A stretch of 39,459 nucleotides of DNA from an uncultured Gammaproteobacteria bacterium (GTDB lineage Bacteria > Patescibacteriota > Patescibacteriia > UBA2591 > UBA6264): NCBI GenBank assembly GCA_964642485.1, contig CAZXPA010000001.1, positions 1-39,459 of the forward strand, read 5' to 3'. Of the stretch, positions 8,219-16,964 are shown one piece after another. A program made the translations under genes and the position numbers. The notes under the pieces are model-generated. The model did no database searches. It was not told where the DNA came from and worked only from the letters and a program-made list of their open reading frames with translations. Within the stretch, counting starts at the first letter, position 1; each line of letters starts with the position of its first letter.

Positions 8219-9595
8219 ATGCAGAAGAATAAAAAAATAAAAATTTTAATTGGACTCTTGATCGCTGTCTTTTTACTGACCTCTGGCCTGGGTTGCAAAT
8301 GTACGCCAAAAAGATTAACTGAAAGGACTCAACCAGTAAATTTAGTTTATTGGCGGATCCAGGACGGGCAAGATGCTTTTTCAGCTATTATTCAAGGATT
8401 CCAAGCACTCTATTCGCACGTCTCCATTACTTATAAATTAATTCGACCAGAGGAATATGAGCAAGCTCTTCTTGAGGCCTGGGCTGAAGACAGGGGTCCA
8501 GACATATTTTCTATTCCTAATACCTGGTTAGGAAAGTACCAAGCAAAAATTTTACCCATAGGTTTATCAAGTGAGGTAGTTGTGGCTCGACAGATAATGA
8601 CAGGGATAACCAAGAAAGAACCAAAAATTATTATAGAAAGAAAAAAAGCTCCGAACATGAGGCAGTTAAGAGAGATTTTTATTGAAACAGTGCCCAAAGA
8701 TATTATAATTAACAATCAAATCTATGGCTTACCTTTATCTTTAGATATTTTAGTCCTTTATTATAATCGAGATTTTTTAAACAGCGCGGGAATTATTAGT
8801 CCCCCTCAGACCTGGCAGGAATTTGTTAATGATGTTAATCTTTTAATCCTTCAAGATCGTTATGGGAATTTTATCCAATCTGGAGCTGCTTTGGGGACAG
8901 CAGAAAATGTTGCTAATCTAACTGACATTCTTTCTTTGTTAATGCTTCAAAACGGAACACCAATGGTTAATCAGAACAACCGGGTAGTTTTTGGCGAGCC
9001 GTTGGCTGATGATTTAGGTTATTTTCCTGGTCAGGAGGCCCTGAGATTTTATACTAGTTTTGCCAACCCCCTTCAAGAAATTTATACCTGGAATAACCAG
9101 ATGCTTAACTCTTTAGACGCTTTTATTCAGGGTCGAGTTGGATTTATTTTTGGTTATTCAGATTATTTACCAATTATTAAAGAACAGGCTCCAAAATTAA
9201 ACTTCGATATTGCCAAGGTTCCGCAAATCAGCGGTTCACTTAGAGAAGTAAATTATGCCCAGTATTGGTTGGAAACAGTTTCTAAGAAAACCAAACATCC
9301 CCATGAGGCCTGGGCTTTTATACTCTATGCTACTGAGGCGCAAAATGCCAAGACATTTATTGAAAGAACCAAACATCCAACTAGTCATCGGGATTTAATC
9401 AAAGAACAATTAGAAGATTTTGATTTAGCGCCATTTGCCAACAGTGTATTAACAGCTCAAACCTGGTATCGAGGGAAAAATTATTCTTTGGTTGAGGAGG
9501 CCTTTCAGGAAATGGTCAAAGACACTTTAACTGGAGAGAAATCTATTGGCGAGGCAATCAGTTATTGTGCTCAGAAGATTAATTTGACGTATTGA
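8219..9595 (+). CDS. ABC-transporter-type extracellular solute-binding lipoprotein (family 1, sugar-like); orphan
   Basis: Lipobox LTSGLGC. YGLPLSLDILVLYYNRDFL and DIFSIPNTW are typical of sugar-binding SBPs. No permease or ATPase gene lies nearby. Confidence 0.65.
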   Translation: MQKNKKIKILIGLLIAVFLLTSGLGCKCTPKRLTERTQPVNLVYWRIQDGQDAFSAIIQGFQALYSHVSITYKLIRPEEYEQALLEAWAEDRGPDIFSIPNTWLGKYQAKILPIGLSSEVVVARQIMTGITKKEPKIIIERKKAPNMRQLREIFIETVPKDIIINNQIYGLPLSLDILVLYYNRDFLNSAGIISPPQTWQEFVNDVNLLILQDRYGNFIQSGAALGTAENVANLTDILSLLMLQNGTPMVNQNNRVVFGEPLADDLGYFPGQEALRFYTSFANPLQEIYTWNNQMLNSLDAFIQGRVGFIFGYSDYLPIIKEQAPKLNFDIAKVPQISGSLREVNYAQYWLETVSKKTKHPHEAWAFILYATEAQNAKTFIERTKHPTSHRDLIKEQLEDFDLAPFANSVLTAQTWYRGKNYSLVEEAFQEMVKDTLTGEKSIGEAISYCAQKINLTY

Positions 9596-9660
9596 TTGTT
9601 GATCGCTTATTGCTGATTGTTAAAAATTCTAACAATTAACTATCAACAATTAACAATTTT
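9594..9660. repeat. Composite ATTGTT/AACAAT-core repeat forming an AT-rich inverted repeat
   Basis: TTGATTGTTGATCGCTTATTGCTGATTGTTAAAAA is followed by TTCTAACAATTAACTATCAACAATTAACAATTTT. The central hairpin is ATTGTTA (9616-9622) / TAACAAT (9630-9636). It starts at the SBP stop codon. Confidence 0.7.
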
Positions 9661-9683
9661 ATCTTTTTAAAAATAATCAAACG

Positions 9684-10496
9684 ATGTTCTCCAAAAGGAT
9701 AATTGTATTAATTCTAACTATTTGTTTTCTTGCTTTAGAATTTAATTTTGTTTTCGCGCAAGAAGGACCCGATTATATTGGCGATGGTAGATATTCTAAC
9801 TGCACCTTGGCCGAAGGAGAAACAAACGTATATCACTGTATTTGTCAGTCTGTTAACGAGGTTGAGGATTGTCATGTCGGAGAATTAATTAGTCATCCAG
9901 TTTGTGCTTGTTGCGGCGATTGCACTTTAAATGATTTTCTTAGACTAGGAACTGGCGTTGCTGATATAATTTTAAGATATTTAGGGGTTGCCGCTTTGCT
10001 ACTTTTTGTTGTTGGTGGTATAATGTGGATAACTTCAGGCGGATCTTCAGAAAGGGTTCAAAAAGGAAAAAAGATTATCACCGGCTCAATTATTGGTATG
10101 GTTATAGTTTTATTTGCCTTTACGCTTACTAGGTCGTTAATGAAAGCGCTTGAGATTGAAGAATATTTACCCGAGGAGAAAAGTCAAATAACAGAACTTC
10201 CTAAAATAGAATGGCGAGATTGTTGGAAAAATTGGCCCATGTGCCTCAGGCCATATAGAAAAAATTGTAAAGGCCTGGGGGTGCAGAGTTTACAGGGGAG
10301 ACTACAGCAACTGAATTGTTTGGAGGGAAGAAACGAAGAAATAGATGGTTGTTACGGCCCAAAAACCTATGCAGCTGTTCAGGCTTTTTGTCTGGCGAAT
10401 TCAATTTTTTCCACTGATTGTCAGCCAGGTCTAAGTAATTCCGAGTTTGAACAAAAGATATATAATGACCCCGGTGCAAATTCTTGCTCGCCATAA
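9684..10496 (+). CDS. TrbC/VirB2-like pilin core fused to an N-terminal Cys-rich region and a C-terminal peptidoglycan-binding-like domain
   Basis: Signal peptide ending in FAQ and a Cys-rich stretch (CTL..HCICQ..C..CACCGDC). The two-helix pilin core carries VGGIMWITSGGSSERVQKGKK. The C-terminal LQGRLQQLNC....IDGCYGPKTYAAVQAF resembles the PG_binding_1 pattern. Confidence 0.6.
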   Translation: MFSKRIIVLILTICFLALEFNFVFAQEGPDYIGDGRYSNCTLAEGETNVYHCICQSVNEVEDCHVGELISHPVCACCGDCTLNDFLRLGTGVADIILRYLGVAALLLFVVGGIMWITSGGSSERVQKGKKIITGSIIGMVIVLFAFTLTRSLMKALEIEEYLPEEKSQITELPKIEWRDCWKNWPMCLRPYRKNCKGLGVQSLQGRLQQLNCLEGRNEEIDGCYGPKTYAAVQAFCLANSIFSTDCQPGLSNSEFEQKIYNDPGANSCSP

Positions 10497-10521
10497 AAAA
10501 GTAATTAATTATTATTGATTA

Positions 10522-10890
10522 ATGACTTTTCAAAGAAAAAAAATTTATTTTGTCCTGATTTTAAGTTTAATTATTATTGGTTATTCGTTGTCAGCCAATT
10601 TTTCTCAAGCTGCAGATCAAGCAGCAGAAACTGTTACTTTAGATGATCCCCTAGGTGAGAGAGATATTCCAGAATTAGCCGGCAGTATTATTCAATATAT
10701 TTTAGGAATAGTTGGGGTTTTAGCTTTGGCAATGTTTATTTATGGCGGGATTATTTGGATGACTTCTGGCGGGAGTCCAGAGAAAATTAAAGCTGGTAAG
10801 GACACAATTGTTTGGGCGATTTTAGGTTTGGCTTTTATTTTCTTTAGTTATGCGATCTTAGATTTTGTTCTTAGAGCTTTTATTGAATAA
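10522..10890 (+). CDS. TrbC/VirB2-like (T4SS-type) pilin family protein
   Basis: 122 aa with a signal peptide. The core YGGIIWMTSGGSPEKIKAGKD lies between two hydrophobic helices. Confidence 0.7.
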   Translation: MTFQRKKIYFVLILSLIIIGYSLSANFSQAADQAAETVTLDDPLGERDIPELAGSIIQYILGIVGVLALAMFIYGGIIWMTSGGSPEKIKAGKDTIVWAILGLAFIFFSYAILDFVLRAFIE

Positions 10891-10962
10891 ATAAAGAGTT
10901 TTCTCAAAAATTTCAAGGTTGAGTTTATTAAAATCGCAGAAATTTTTGTAAGAAAACCTTTA

Positions 10963-10997
10963 CTCCCTCCTTTTGCGCAAACGCGAAAAGAAGGGGG
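10963..10997. repeat. Dispersed long imperfect hairpin, copy 1
   Basis: CTCCCTCCTTTTGCGCAAACGCGAAAAGAAGGGGG. A near-identical copy lies at 22205-22241. Both sit 55-75 nt downstream of a plus-strand stop codon. Confidence 0.75.
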
Positions 10998-11167
10998 TTC
11001 TCGAAAATCTAATCAAAAATTTTTCGGTCTCAGACCTCCAATTTTTGAAAATTTTCGGAAAAAGATATCCACACCCTAAGGTTGACCCCGTGGAAGAATT
11101 TTGATAGTCTAAGTGTATTAGTAATTATTAAGGGCTGTTGTTTAGTTGTTGGTTAAAAGCAACTGAA

Positions 11168-11197
11168 TTGACAAATTATTTATTTGTGTTTTAATAA
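11168..11197 (+). promoter_or_regulatory. Candidate sigma70-type promoter for the third pilin gene
   Basis: Perfect -35 TTGACA (11168-11173), then a 17-18 nt spacer containing TGTG, then a weak -10 TTAATA/TAATAA (11191-11197). Confidence 0.3.
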
Positions 11198-11210
11198 ATA
11201 GATAATTAGT

Positions 11211-11277
11211 CCCTCTCCCCGCAGTGATGCATTTTTCTTAGAAATACGACAGTATTTTTATCACTGCTGGGCGAGGG
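11211..11277 (+). other. Long leader hairpin (18-position stem, 16 paired)
   Basis: CCCTCTCCCCGCAGTGAT (11211-11228) pairs with ATCACTGCTGGGCGAGGG (11260-11277), with 2 mismatches and a 31-nt loop. Confidence 0.6.
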
Positions 11278-11300
11278 ATTCAAGGTCGTTTGATTAAAAT

Positions 11301-11326
11301 TCGCCTCCAAGGGGATTAAGGGGCGA
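11301..11326 (+). promoter_or_regulatory. Hairpin pairing a CCTCC (anti-SD-like) tract with an AAGGGG (SD-like) tract, 15 nt before the ATG
   Basis: In TCGCCTCC-aaggggattaa-GGGGCGA, positions 11301-11307 pair with 11320-11326, including one G-U pair. Confidence 0.4.
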
Positions 11327-11340
11327 AAAAAAGGTTTAAA

Positions 11341-11712
11341 ATGAAAAAGTATTTACCCTTTATTTGTTCAGGATTGTTAATAGCTCTACTTTTATTGCCG
11401 TCTGTTGCTCTTGGGCAGCTATTTGGTAATGAATATTTGAATGAATTTGGCAACGAAGCTGGTTTTGGAACTGCTGGTCTAGCTGAAATTATTGGGAAAA
11501 TAATTAGAGCTGTTCTAAGTCTTCTTGCTTTAGTAGCAGTTGTTTTAATTATTGTTGGCGGATTTCAATGGATGACTTCTGGCGGGAATCAGGAGAAAAT
11601 TGAAAGCGCTAAGAAATTAATGGGATCCGCTCTTATTGGTTTAGTAATTGTTGTTCTTGCTTACGCCATAGCTGCCTTCGTAATTAGCAGTCTAACCGGG
11701 GTGACTGATTAG
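11341..11712 (+). CDS. TrbC/VirB2-like pilin family protein
   Basis: 123 aa with a signal peptide (VALGQ). Core VGGFQWMTSGGNQEKIESAKK lies between two hydrophobic helices. Confidence 0.7.
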   Translation: MKKYLPFICSGLLIALLLLPSVALGQLFGNEYLNEFGNEAGFGTAGLAEIIGKIIRAVLSLLALVAVVLIIVGGFQWMTSGGNQEKIESAKKLMGSALIGLVIVVLAYAIAAFVISSLTGVTD

Positions 11713-11731
11713 AACTTTTAATTACAAACTT

Positions 11732-12166
11732 ATGGAGCATCTCGACTGGAGAAGGCGGGCTTTTTGTTTTTTTGTGATATTTGTTTTATTAGCTGTTTTT
11801 ATTGGCCCTTTAATTCAGGGCCAAAAAGTTTTAGCTCAAGATTCTGAAACTTTAAAAAAATTAGAGGATACAGCTAAGAAAGCAGGATTAGGAGAAGAAA
11901 CTGATATTTCCGTTATAGTTGGTCGAATAATTAGCGTTGTTTTGGGCTTGATAAGTATAATCTTAGTGGTTTTGTTAATGGTTGGCGGATTTATGTGGAT
12001 GACAGCTGGTGGCAATGCTGAACAAGTAACTAAAGCCAAGACCATGATGACTAATGCTTTTATTGCTTTAGTAATTATTGTTTTAGCCTTTGCTATTACT
12101 CGTTTTGTGGTTAAGGAAATGATTGAGGTTACTGCCCCTCCTTCCAGCCCTCCTCCCAGCTCTTAG
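11732..12166 (+). CDS. TrbC/VirB2-like pilin family protein with a Ser/Pro-rich C-terminal tail
   Basis: Core VGGFMWMTAGGNAEQVTKAKT. The C-terminus is TAPPSSPPPSS. Confidence 0.7.
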   Translation: MEHLDWRRRAFCFFVIFVLLAVFIGPLIQGQKVLAQDSETLKKLEDTAKKAGLGEETDISVIVGRIISVVLGLISIILVVLLMVGGFMWMTAGGNAEQVTKAKTMMTNAFIALVIIVLAFAITRFVVKEMIEVTAPPSSPPPSS

Positions 12167-12195
12167 GTAGATTAAAACTCAACTTTAAAAAGATT

Positions 12196-12218
12196 ACGCC
12201 TGATTTTTTATCAGGCGT
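12196..12218. terminator. Bidirectional intrinsic terminator
   Basis: ACGCCTGAT-ttttt-ATCAGGCGT is a 9-bp stem preceded by AAAAAGATT and followed by ATTTTT. It lies between the convergent pilin (+) and GT2 (-) genes. Confidence 0.8.
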
Positions 12219-12222
12219 ATTT

Positions 12223-12939
12223 TTAATTTCTTCTCAATCGCCATTTAAGTTTTATCACCTCCCTCAAATAGGTAAGCGAGGTTTTAATGATTTTAATTTT
12301 TGTCTTTCGATCTTTTTCCTCTCGCCAATTAACAGGAATTTCTTTAATAGGGAGATGATAATGACAGGCTAAGATTAAGAGTTCAGTGTCAAAAAAAAGA
12401 TCATTACTTTTTATTTTCGGGATAATTTTTTCAACTACAGATTGGGAAACAGCTTTAAACCCGCAGTGGGTGTCAGTTAATTTAAGGTTAAAAAATAATT
12501 TAAGAGTGAGATTATATGCCCGGGAGCAGAAAATTCGAAAAAAAGACCATTTTAATTGACTTTGTTTGTGGTGCCGTGAACCAATAGCTACCTGATAATT
12601 TTTTTCAGAGATAGCTTTAATTAACAGAGGAATAAATTTTAATTCTGTTGACAGGTCAGCGTCCATAAAAATGTTAATGTCAGCGGAATGTTTTTGCCAG
12701 GCCTTTTTAATAGCAGCGCCTTTGCTTGGATAATTAAGGTGAAAATATTTTAGATTGGGATATTTTTTCTTTCTTTGTTGAACAATTTTTAAAGTTTTAT
12801 CAAATGAGCCATTATCAGCAACAATAATTAGCCATTGATAACCTAGAAGTTCTTTTTGACAAAAGTTAAAAAGTTGATCAAGTTTTTGACTAATAATTTT
12901 TTCTTCATTATAGGTAGGTAGGGTTATATTAATAGTCAT
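12223..12939 (-). CDS. GT2-family glycosyltransferase (polyprenyl-phosphate sugar synthase-like)
   Basis: LPTYNEE, IIVADNGSFDKT and the FMDADLST (DxD) motif. 238 aa. It overlaps the upstream gene by 4 nt, indicating an operon. Confidence 0.8.
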   Translation of the reverse strand: MTINITLPTYNEEKIISQKLDQLFNFCQKELLGYQWLIIVADNGSFDKTLKIVQQRKKKYPNLKYFHLNYPSKGAAIKKAWQKHSADINIFMDADLSTELKFIPLLIKAISEKNYQVAIGSRHHKQSQLKWSFFRIFCSRAYNLTLKLFFNLKLTDTHCGFKAVSQSVVEKIIPKIKSNDLFFDTELLILACHYHLPIKEIPVNWREEKDRKTKIKIIKTSLTYLREVIKLKWRLRRN

Positions 12940-14576
12940 AATATAGTTTGATAAATGCTTACTTTTTTATTTTCAAAAATTTCTTCCAAATATTCTTTTT
13001 TTTGAGGCTGGAAAACCTCATTATTTTCTTTGCGAAAGAACAGATAGTCTATTTTATTTGTTTTTAAAAAGGCTTGTTTTTCCTGATCATGATTATTAGT
13101 TTCAAAAAACCAAGAAGTTTCTTGCTTTTTCTTTTTAAAATCAATAGTTTCAACCCCGTGGCCAACATAGGTCTTGCGAACAGCAAAAGCCGGGATAAGA
13201 TTAGCAGCTCGAAGGTCATAACGACTTAAAATTCTAGACTCTTCTGAAGAATTTTTCTTCAACCAGGTCATGGCTTCTATTATCCCTTCAGGAACAGAAA
13301 AATATGGATAAGGAAAATAGGTTAGGTCTTTAGCAACAATGAAAATGTTTGATGAGAAAAAAAGAAAGAAGAACAATATACTCCAGAGAAATTTATTTTT
13401 AAATAGCTTTAATTTCTGGTAGGAAATTCTTTTTTTAAGTTCTTGGTAGAGAAAAAATATACCAGAAGTGGCTAAAATGCAAATAATAAGATGCAGCCCC
13501 TCAGACATTTTTCTTTGTAGGGGCAAGGGGGAGTAAATGAGAAAGATTTGGGCTCCCAGCCAAGTAATTAAAAAAAGAGTTGCCTTATTTATTTTTCCAC
13601 ATTTTAGCAAGTTATATATGCCAATTAAAACTAAGGGTATAAGCAAACCATAGCCGATTAAAAAACTAAACCAGGGCGGGGTAAAACCAGCTGGGGCCGC
13701 CTGACTGATTCGGTGGATGGTCAGCCAATGAGTTGAACTCAGCCACCAGTAGTAAAAAAGAGAAGGTAGGGAGACAATAAAGAGGATTAAACAATATTTA
13801 AAAAATAACCAATTAATTTGTTTTTCTTTAAAAAAAAGAATTAACCAAAAAAGACTTAAGACTAAAAAAACAGTTGGAAAATGATAAGGATGAACCTGGA
13901 AAAGAAAGAGTCCTAACAAGCCGGCTATTAAGGCATATTTGTAGTTTTTGTTTTCAAGAGCTAAAAGCATTAGAAAAAAGATGAGAACAATCAAGATTAG
14001 AGAAAAAATAAAAAGAGGATTAGTATAAAGGGTTAGAAAGGTGATTGCTTCCGGGGGCCATAGATCCATTGGCTGTTGCCGGGGTAAAAAGTTTGATAAT
14101 AGGGGCAGGAACCAGACGCCCAGGCCGCTTGAAAAACAAACTAGAAAAAGACAAATCTTTCGTTTTTGCTTTTTTTTAAATAGAAAACTAATAAAAACAT
14201 AGAAGATAAATAAAAAAACTGGGATTAGAATGATTCTTGAGGCTTGAAAGATTTGAAGAGCTGAGAGATGAAATGCTTTAGCAATTAACCCCAGGGTTAA
14301 AAAAAACAGATTAAGAATAATTCGTGGTTGTGTTTCAGTGGTATAAAGATCTTTAAAAAGCCAATGACCTGATTTGGCCTGTTCAATATAGGAAAAGTAG
14401 TTTGGGTAGTCGACTCGGTTGAGAGTGGAGACAGCCAAGAAATAAGTGTTTTTTGGAGCAGTCAAATAACCATAGAGATAGGGAAGGGTGGTGACAATAA
14501 TCAAAAGAACAGCTAGAATAACAATAAACAGCCTTTCTTTTTGATTAATATCTTGGACAATTTCTTTTATTGTCAT
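12936..14576 (-). CDS. Large polytopic membrane protein, GT-C-like putative glycosyltransferase
   Basis: 546 aa with more than 10 hydrophobic segments and a soluble C-terminal part. Translationally coupled to the GT2 gene. No diagnostic motif was recognised. Confidence 0.45.
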   Translation of the reverse strand: MTIKEIVQDINQKERLFIVILAVLLIIVTTLPYLYGYLTAPKNTYFLAVSTLNRVDYPNYFSYIEQAKSGHWLFKDLYTTETQPRIILNLFFLTLGLIAKAFHLSALQIFQASRIILIPVFLFIFYVFISFLFKKKQKRKICLFLVCFSSGLGVWFLPLLSNFLPRQQPMDLWPPEAITFLTLYTNPLFIFSLILIVLIFFLMLLALENKNYKYALIAGLLGLFLFQVHPYHFPTVFLVLSLFWLILFFKEKQINWLFFKYCLILFIVSLPSLFYYWWLSSTHWLTIHRISQAAPAGFTPPWFSFLIGYGLLIPLVLIGIYNLLKCGKINKATLFLITWLGAQIFLIYSPLPLQRKMSEGLHLIICILATSGIFFLYQELKKRISYQKLKLFKNKFLWSILFFFLFFSSNIFIVAKDLTYFPYPYFSVPEGIIEAMTWLKKNSSEESRILSRYDLRAANLIPAFAVRKTYVGHGVETIDFKKKKQETSWFFETNNHDQEKQAFLKTNKIDYLFFRKENNEVFQPQKKEYLEEIFENKKVSIYQTIL

Positions 14577-14594
14577 TTAAAACTAGAAGAGACT

Positions 14595-16178
14595 ATGTTA
14601 AAAAATAAATCTTTTCAAAATTATCTGCTCTGGTCTATTTTGATTATTGTTATTTTACTAACAATAGTAATTCGGGTTCGCTTGCTTAGCGTTCCCCTTG
14701 AACGTGATGAAGGACTGTATGCTTACATGGGGCAGCTTTTATTACAAGGGGTTCCTTTATATGATCAGGCTTATGGAATTAAATTTCCGGGGATTTATTT
14801 TATTTATGGATTAATATTAGCAGTATTTGGGCAGACTCATGTTGGCATTCATTTTGCCTTGTTATTGGTGAACCTTGCCACAGTGTTATTGCTTTATAGA
14901 TTAGGCAAACGTTTATTTAATAATTGGGTTGGTGTTATTTCAGCCAGTGCTTATGCTCTTATGTTGCTGGGGGTTGGGATCCAGGGTTTTTGGGCAAACG
15001 CTGAGCATTTTGTAGTATTTTTAGCTTTGACAGGAGTTTTATTAATGGTGAAAGCTCTAGATTCGAGCCAATTAAAACATTTTTTCTGGAGTGGTGTGTT
15101 TTTTGGTTTGGCTTTAATTACTAAACAGCCAGGGTTGTTTTTTTTAATATTTGCTTTCGGATATCTTGTTTTCAGATTTTTAAAGAACCGACAAGATTCA
15201 CGGGTTTATTGGATAAGAAAAATTTGTTTTTTTAGTTTAGGGGTTGCTGTAGTAATGGGATTAACTTGTCTTTATCTTATTTTATTCAATGTTTTTCATC
15301 AGTTCTGGTTTTTAACAATTAGATATGTCTTGGAATATGTTTCTGAGATAACATTTTTCCCTGGATTAATTAATTTTTATCATAGCTTGATTTGGGTAGC
15401 TGGTCCTTATCTTTTATTTTGGTTGATTGCTCTTATTGGTTTGGTTTTTCTTTGGCAAGACAAGGAATTACGTTCTCGCCGAGTTTTTATAACAGGTTTT
15501 TTTGTTGCCTCATTTATTGCTATTTGTCCAGGTTTATACTTTAGGCCGCATTATTTTACCCTTTTAATGCCAGCAATTTGTTTGTTAATTGGTATAGGTT
15601 TGTACAGTATTACAAAGTTTTTTATGAGGCTCAATTTTCAGTTAATGAACCCGATAATACTAATTTCTTTAATTTTTGTTATTTTACTTCATCCAATATT
15701 GGTTCAGAAAGACTTTTTATTCCAGCTAAGCCCTGAGGCAGTTTGTCGACGGGTTTATCCAGCTCCTTTTCCGGAATCATTAGAAATAGCTAATTATATT
15801 AAACAACAGACTTCTTCTAATGACAAGATTGCAATTATCGGTTCAGAGCCGCAAATTTATTTTTATTCACACAGACGCGCGGCCACACCATATCTTTATG
15901 TAGATTGGTTAAGAGAAAAGCAGAAATTTGCCTTACAAATGCAGAAAGAGATGATTTCTGAAATTGAAACTAATCATCCAGAACTTTTAATTTTTGTAAA
16001 TCATCCAAATTCATGGGGAGGAACGTCACCAGACCTGGCAGAATCATTAATTAATTGGTTTAAACAATACACAGAAAAAGAATACAATTTGGTGTATGAG
16101 TTAACTATAGATGGAAGCATTAAGCACGTTTCTCATAAGGGGCACCGTTTCTCTGTTTATAGAAAAAAGTCTAGTTGA
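14595..16178 (+). CDS. ArnT/PMT-like (GT39/GT83-type, GT-C fold) glycosyltransferase
   Basis: The first-loop motif PLERDEGLYAYMGQ (DE..Y) follows TM1, with many TM helices after it. ATG at 14595 (MLKNKSF) is preferred, because the track start at 14541 overlaps the divergent gene. Confidence 0.6.
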   Translation: MLKNKSFQNYLLWSILIIVILLTIVIRVRLLSVPLERDEGLYAYMGQLLLQGVPLYDQAYGIKFPGIYFIYGLILAVFGQTHVGIHFALLLVNLATVLLLYRLGKRLFNNWVGVISASAYALMLLGVGIQGFWANAEHFVVFLALTGVLLMVKALDSSQLKHFFWSGVFFGLALITKQPGLFFLIFAFGYLVFRFLKNRQDSRVYWIRKICFFSLGVAVVMGLTCLYLILFNVFHQFWFLTIRYVLEYVSEITFFPGLINFYHSLIWVAGPYLLFWLIALIGLVFLWQDKELRSRRVFITGFFVASFIAICPGLYFRPHYFTLLMPAICLLIGIGLYSITKFFMRLNFQLMNPIILISLIFVILLHPILVQKDFLFQLSPEAVCRRVYPAPFPESLEIANYIKQQTSSNDKIAIIGSEPQIYFYSHRRAATPYLYVDWLREKQKFALQMQKEMISEIETNHPELLIFVNHPNSWGGTSPDLAESLINWFKQYTEKEYNLVYELTIDGSIKHVSHKGHRFSVYRKKSS

Positions 16179-16211
16179 GTTTTTTAAAAGAGATATTAAG
16201 TTTCAAGTTGA

Positions 16212-16964
16212 TTATTTTATAAATCTAGGGTCTTTTTTTATTCTCCATTTTGATAATACAAAATCAAGTAAAGCTTTTAAAACATCTAGGCCGTATTGGA
16301 TGCTTCTTTTAAAGCCAATCATTGAAGCTTCTTTAAAGTAGCGAGTGGTGATGGGGATTTCTCTGATTTTGAATCCATGGATTTTAAGCTGAATAATAAT
16401 TTCTGTGTCAAAAACAAAATCATTTGAATTTAGTTTAAAAGGAATAGTTTTAAGAATTTGACGGCTATAAGCTCGAAAACCAGAATGATATTCAGTAAGC
16501 TTAAGACCTAAAACAAGATTTTCTATTTTTGTCAAAAGAATATTAGCTAAATATTTCCAAAAGGGCATTCCTCCTTCAAGAGCCCAGCCCTTGACCATCA
16601 TCCGTGAACCAAAAACAGCGTCAGACCAACCCCTAATAATAGGGAGAACAATTTGAGGAATATAAGTTGGGTCATACTGATGATCAGGGTGAACCATAAT
16701 CACAATGTCAGCTCCTAGTTTAAGGGCCTGTTGATAGCAGGTTTTTTGATTTCCCCCATAACCTAAGTTTCTTTGATGTCTAAAGGTGTTAATCCCTAAT
16801 TTTTTTGCCACCTTAACAGTATTATCTTGACTGGCATCATCAACTAAAATTATTTCATTAACCCAGTTTTGATCAATATCATCAAGGGTTTTTTTAAGAG
16901 TTTTTTCTGCATTATAGGCTGGGAGGACAGCAATAATTTTGTAGTCAGGAGCTTTAATAGACAT
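16212..16964 (-). CDS. GT2-family glycosyltransferase (DPM1/dolichyl-phosphate sugar synthase-like)
   Basis: LPAYNAEKTL, ILVDDASQDNT and HPDHQYDP motifs. 250 aa. Confidence 0.85.
   Translation of the reverse strand: MSIKAPDYKIIAVLPAYNAEKTLKKTLDDIDQNWVNEIILVDDASQDNTVKVAKKLGINTFRHQRNLGYGGNQKTCYQQALKLGADIVIMVHPDHQYDPTYIPQIVLPIIRGWSDAVFGSRMMVKGWALEGGMPFWKYLANILLTKIENLVLGLKLTEYHSGFRAYSRQILKTIPFKLNSNDFVFDTEIIIQLKIHGFKIREIPITTRYFKEASMIGFKRSIQYGLDVLKALLDFVLSKWRIKKDPRFIK

Noticed and set aside
16111-16341. 76-aa ORF spanning the convergent gene junction, plus ORFs 8074-8298 (-), 8431-8715 (-), 10246-10494 (-), 11836-12045 (-), 17514-18238 (-), 18847-19087, 19802-20023 (-), 20675-20896 (-), 26815-27585, 28646-28882 (-), 29942-30124 (-), 32062-32289 (-), 33324-34378 (-) and 36341-36738 (-).
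   Set aside because: All are embedded in, or antisense to, genes with clear family motifs. Their translations are low-complexity or Lys/Phe/Leu-rich, as expected from AT-rich shadow frames.
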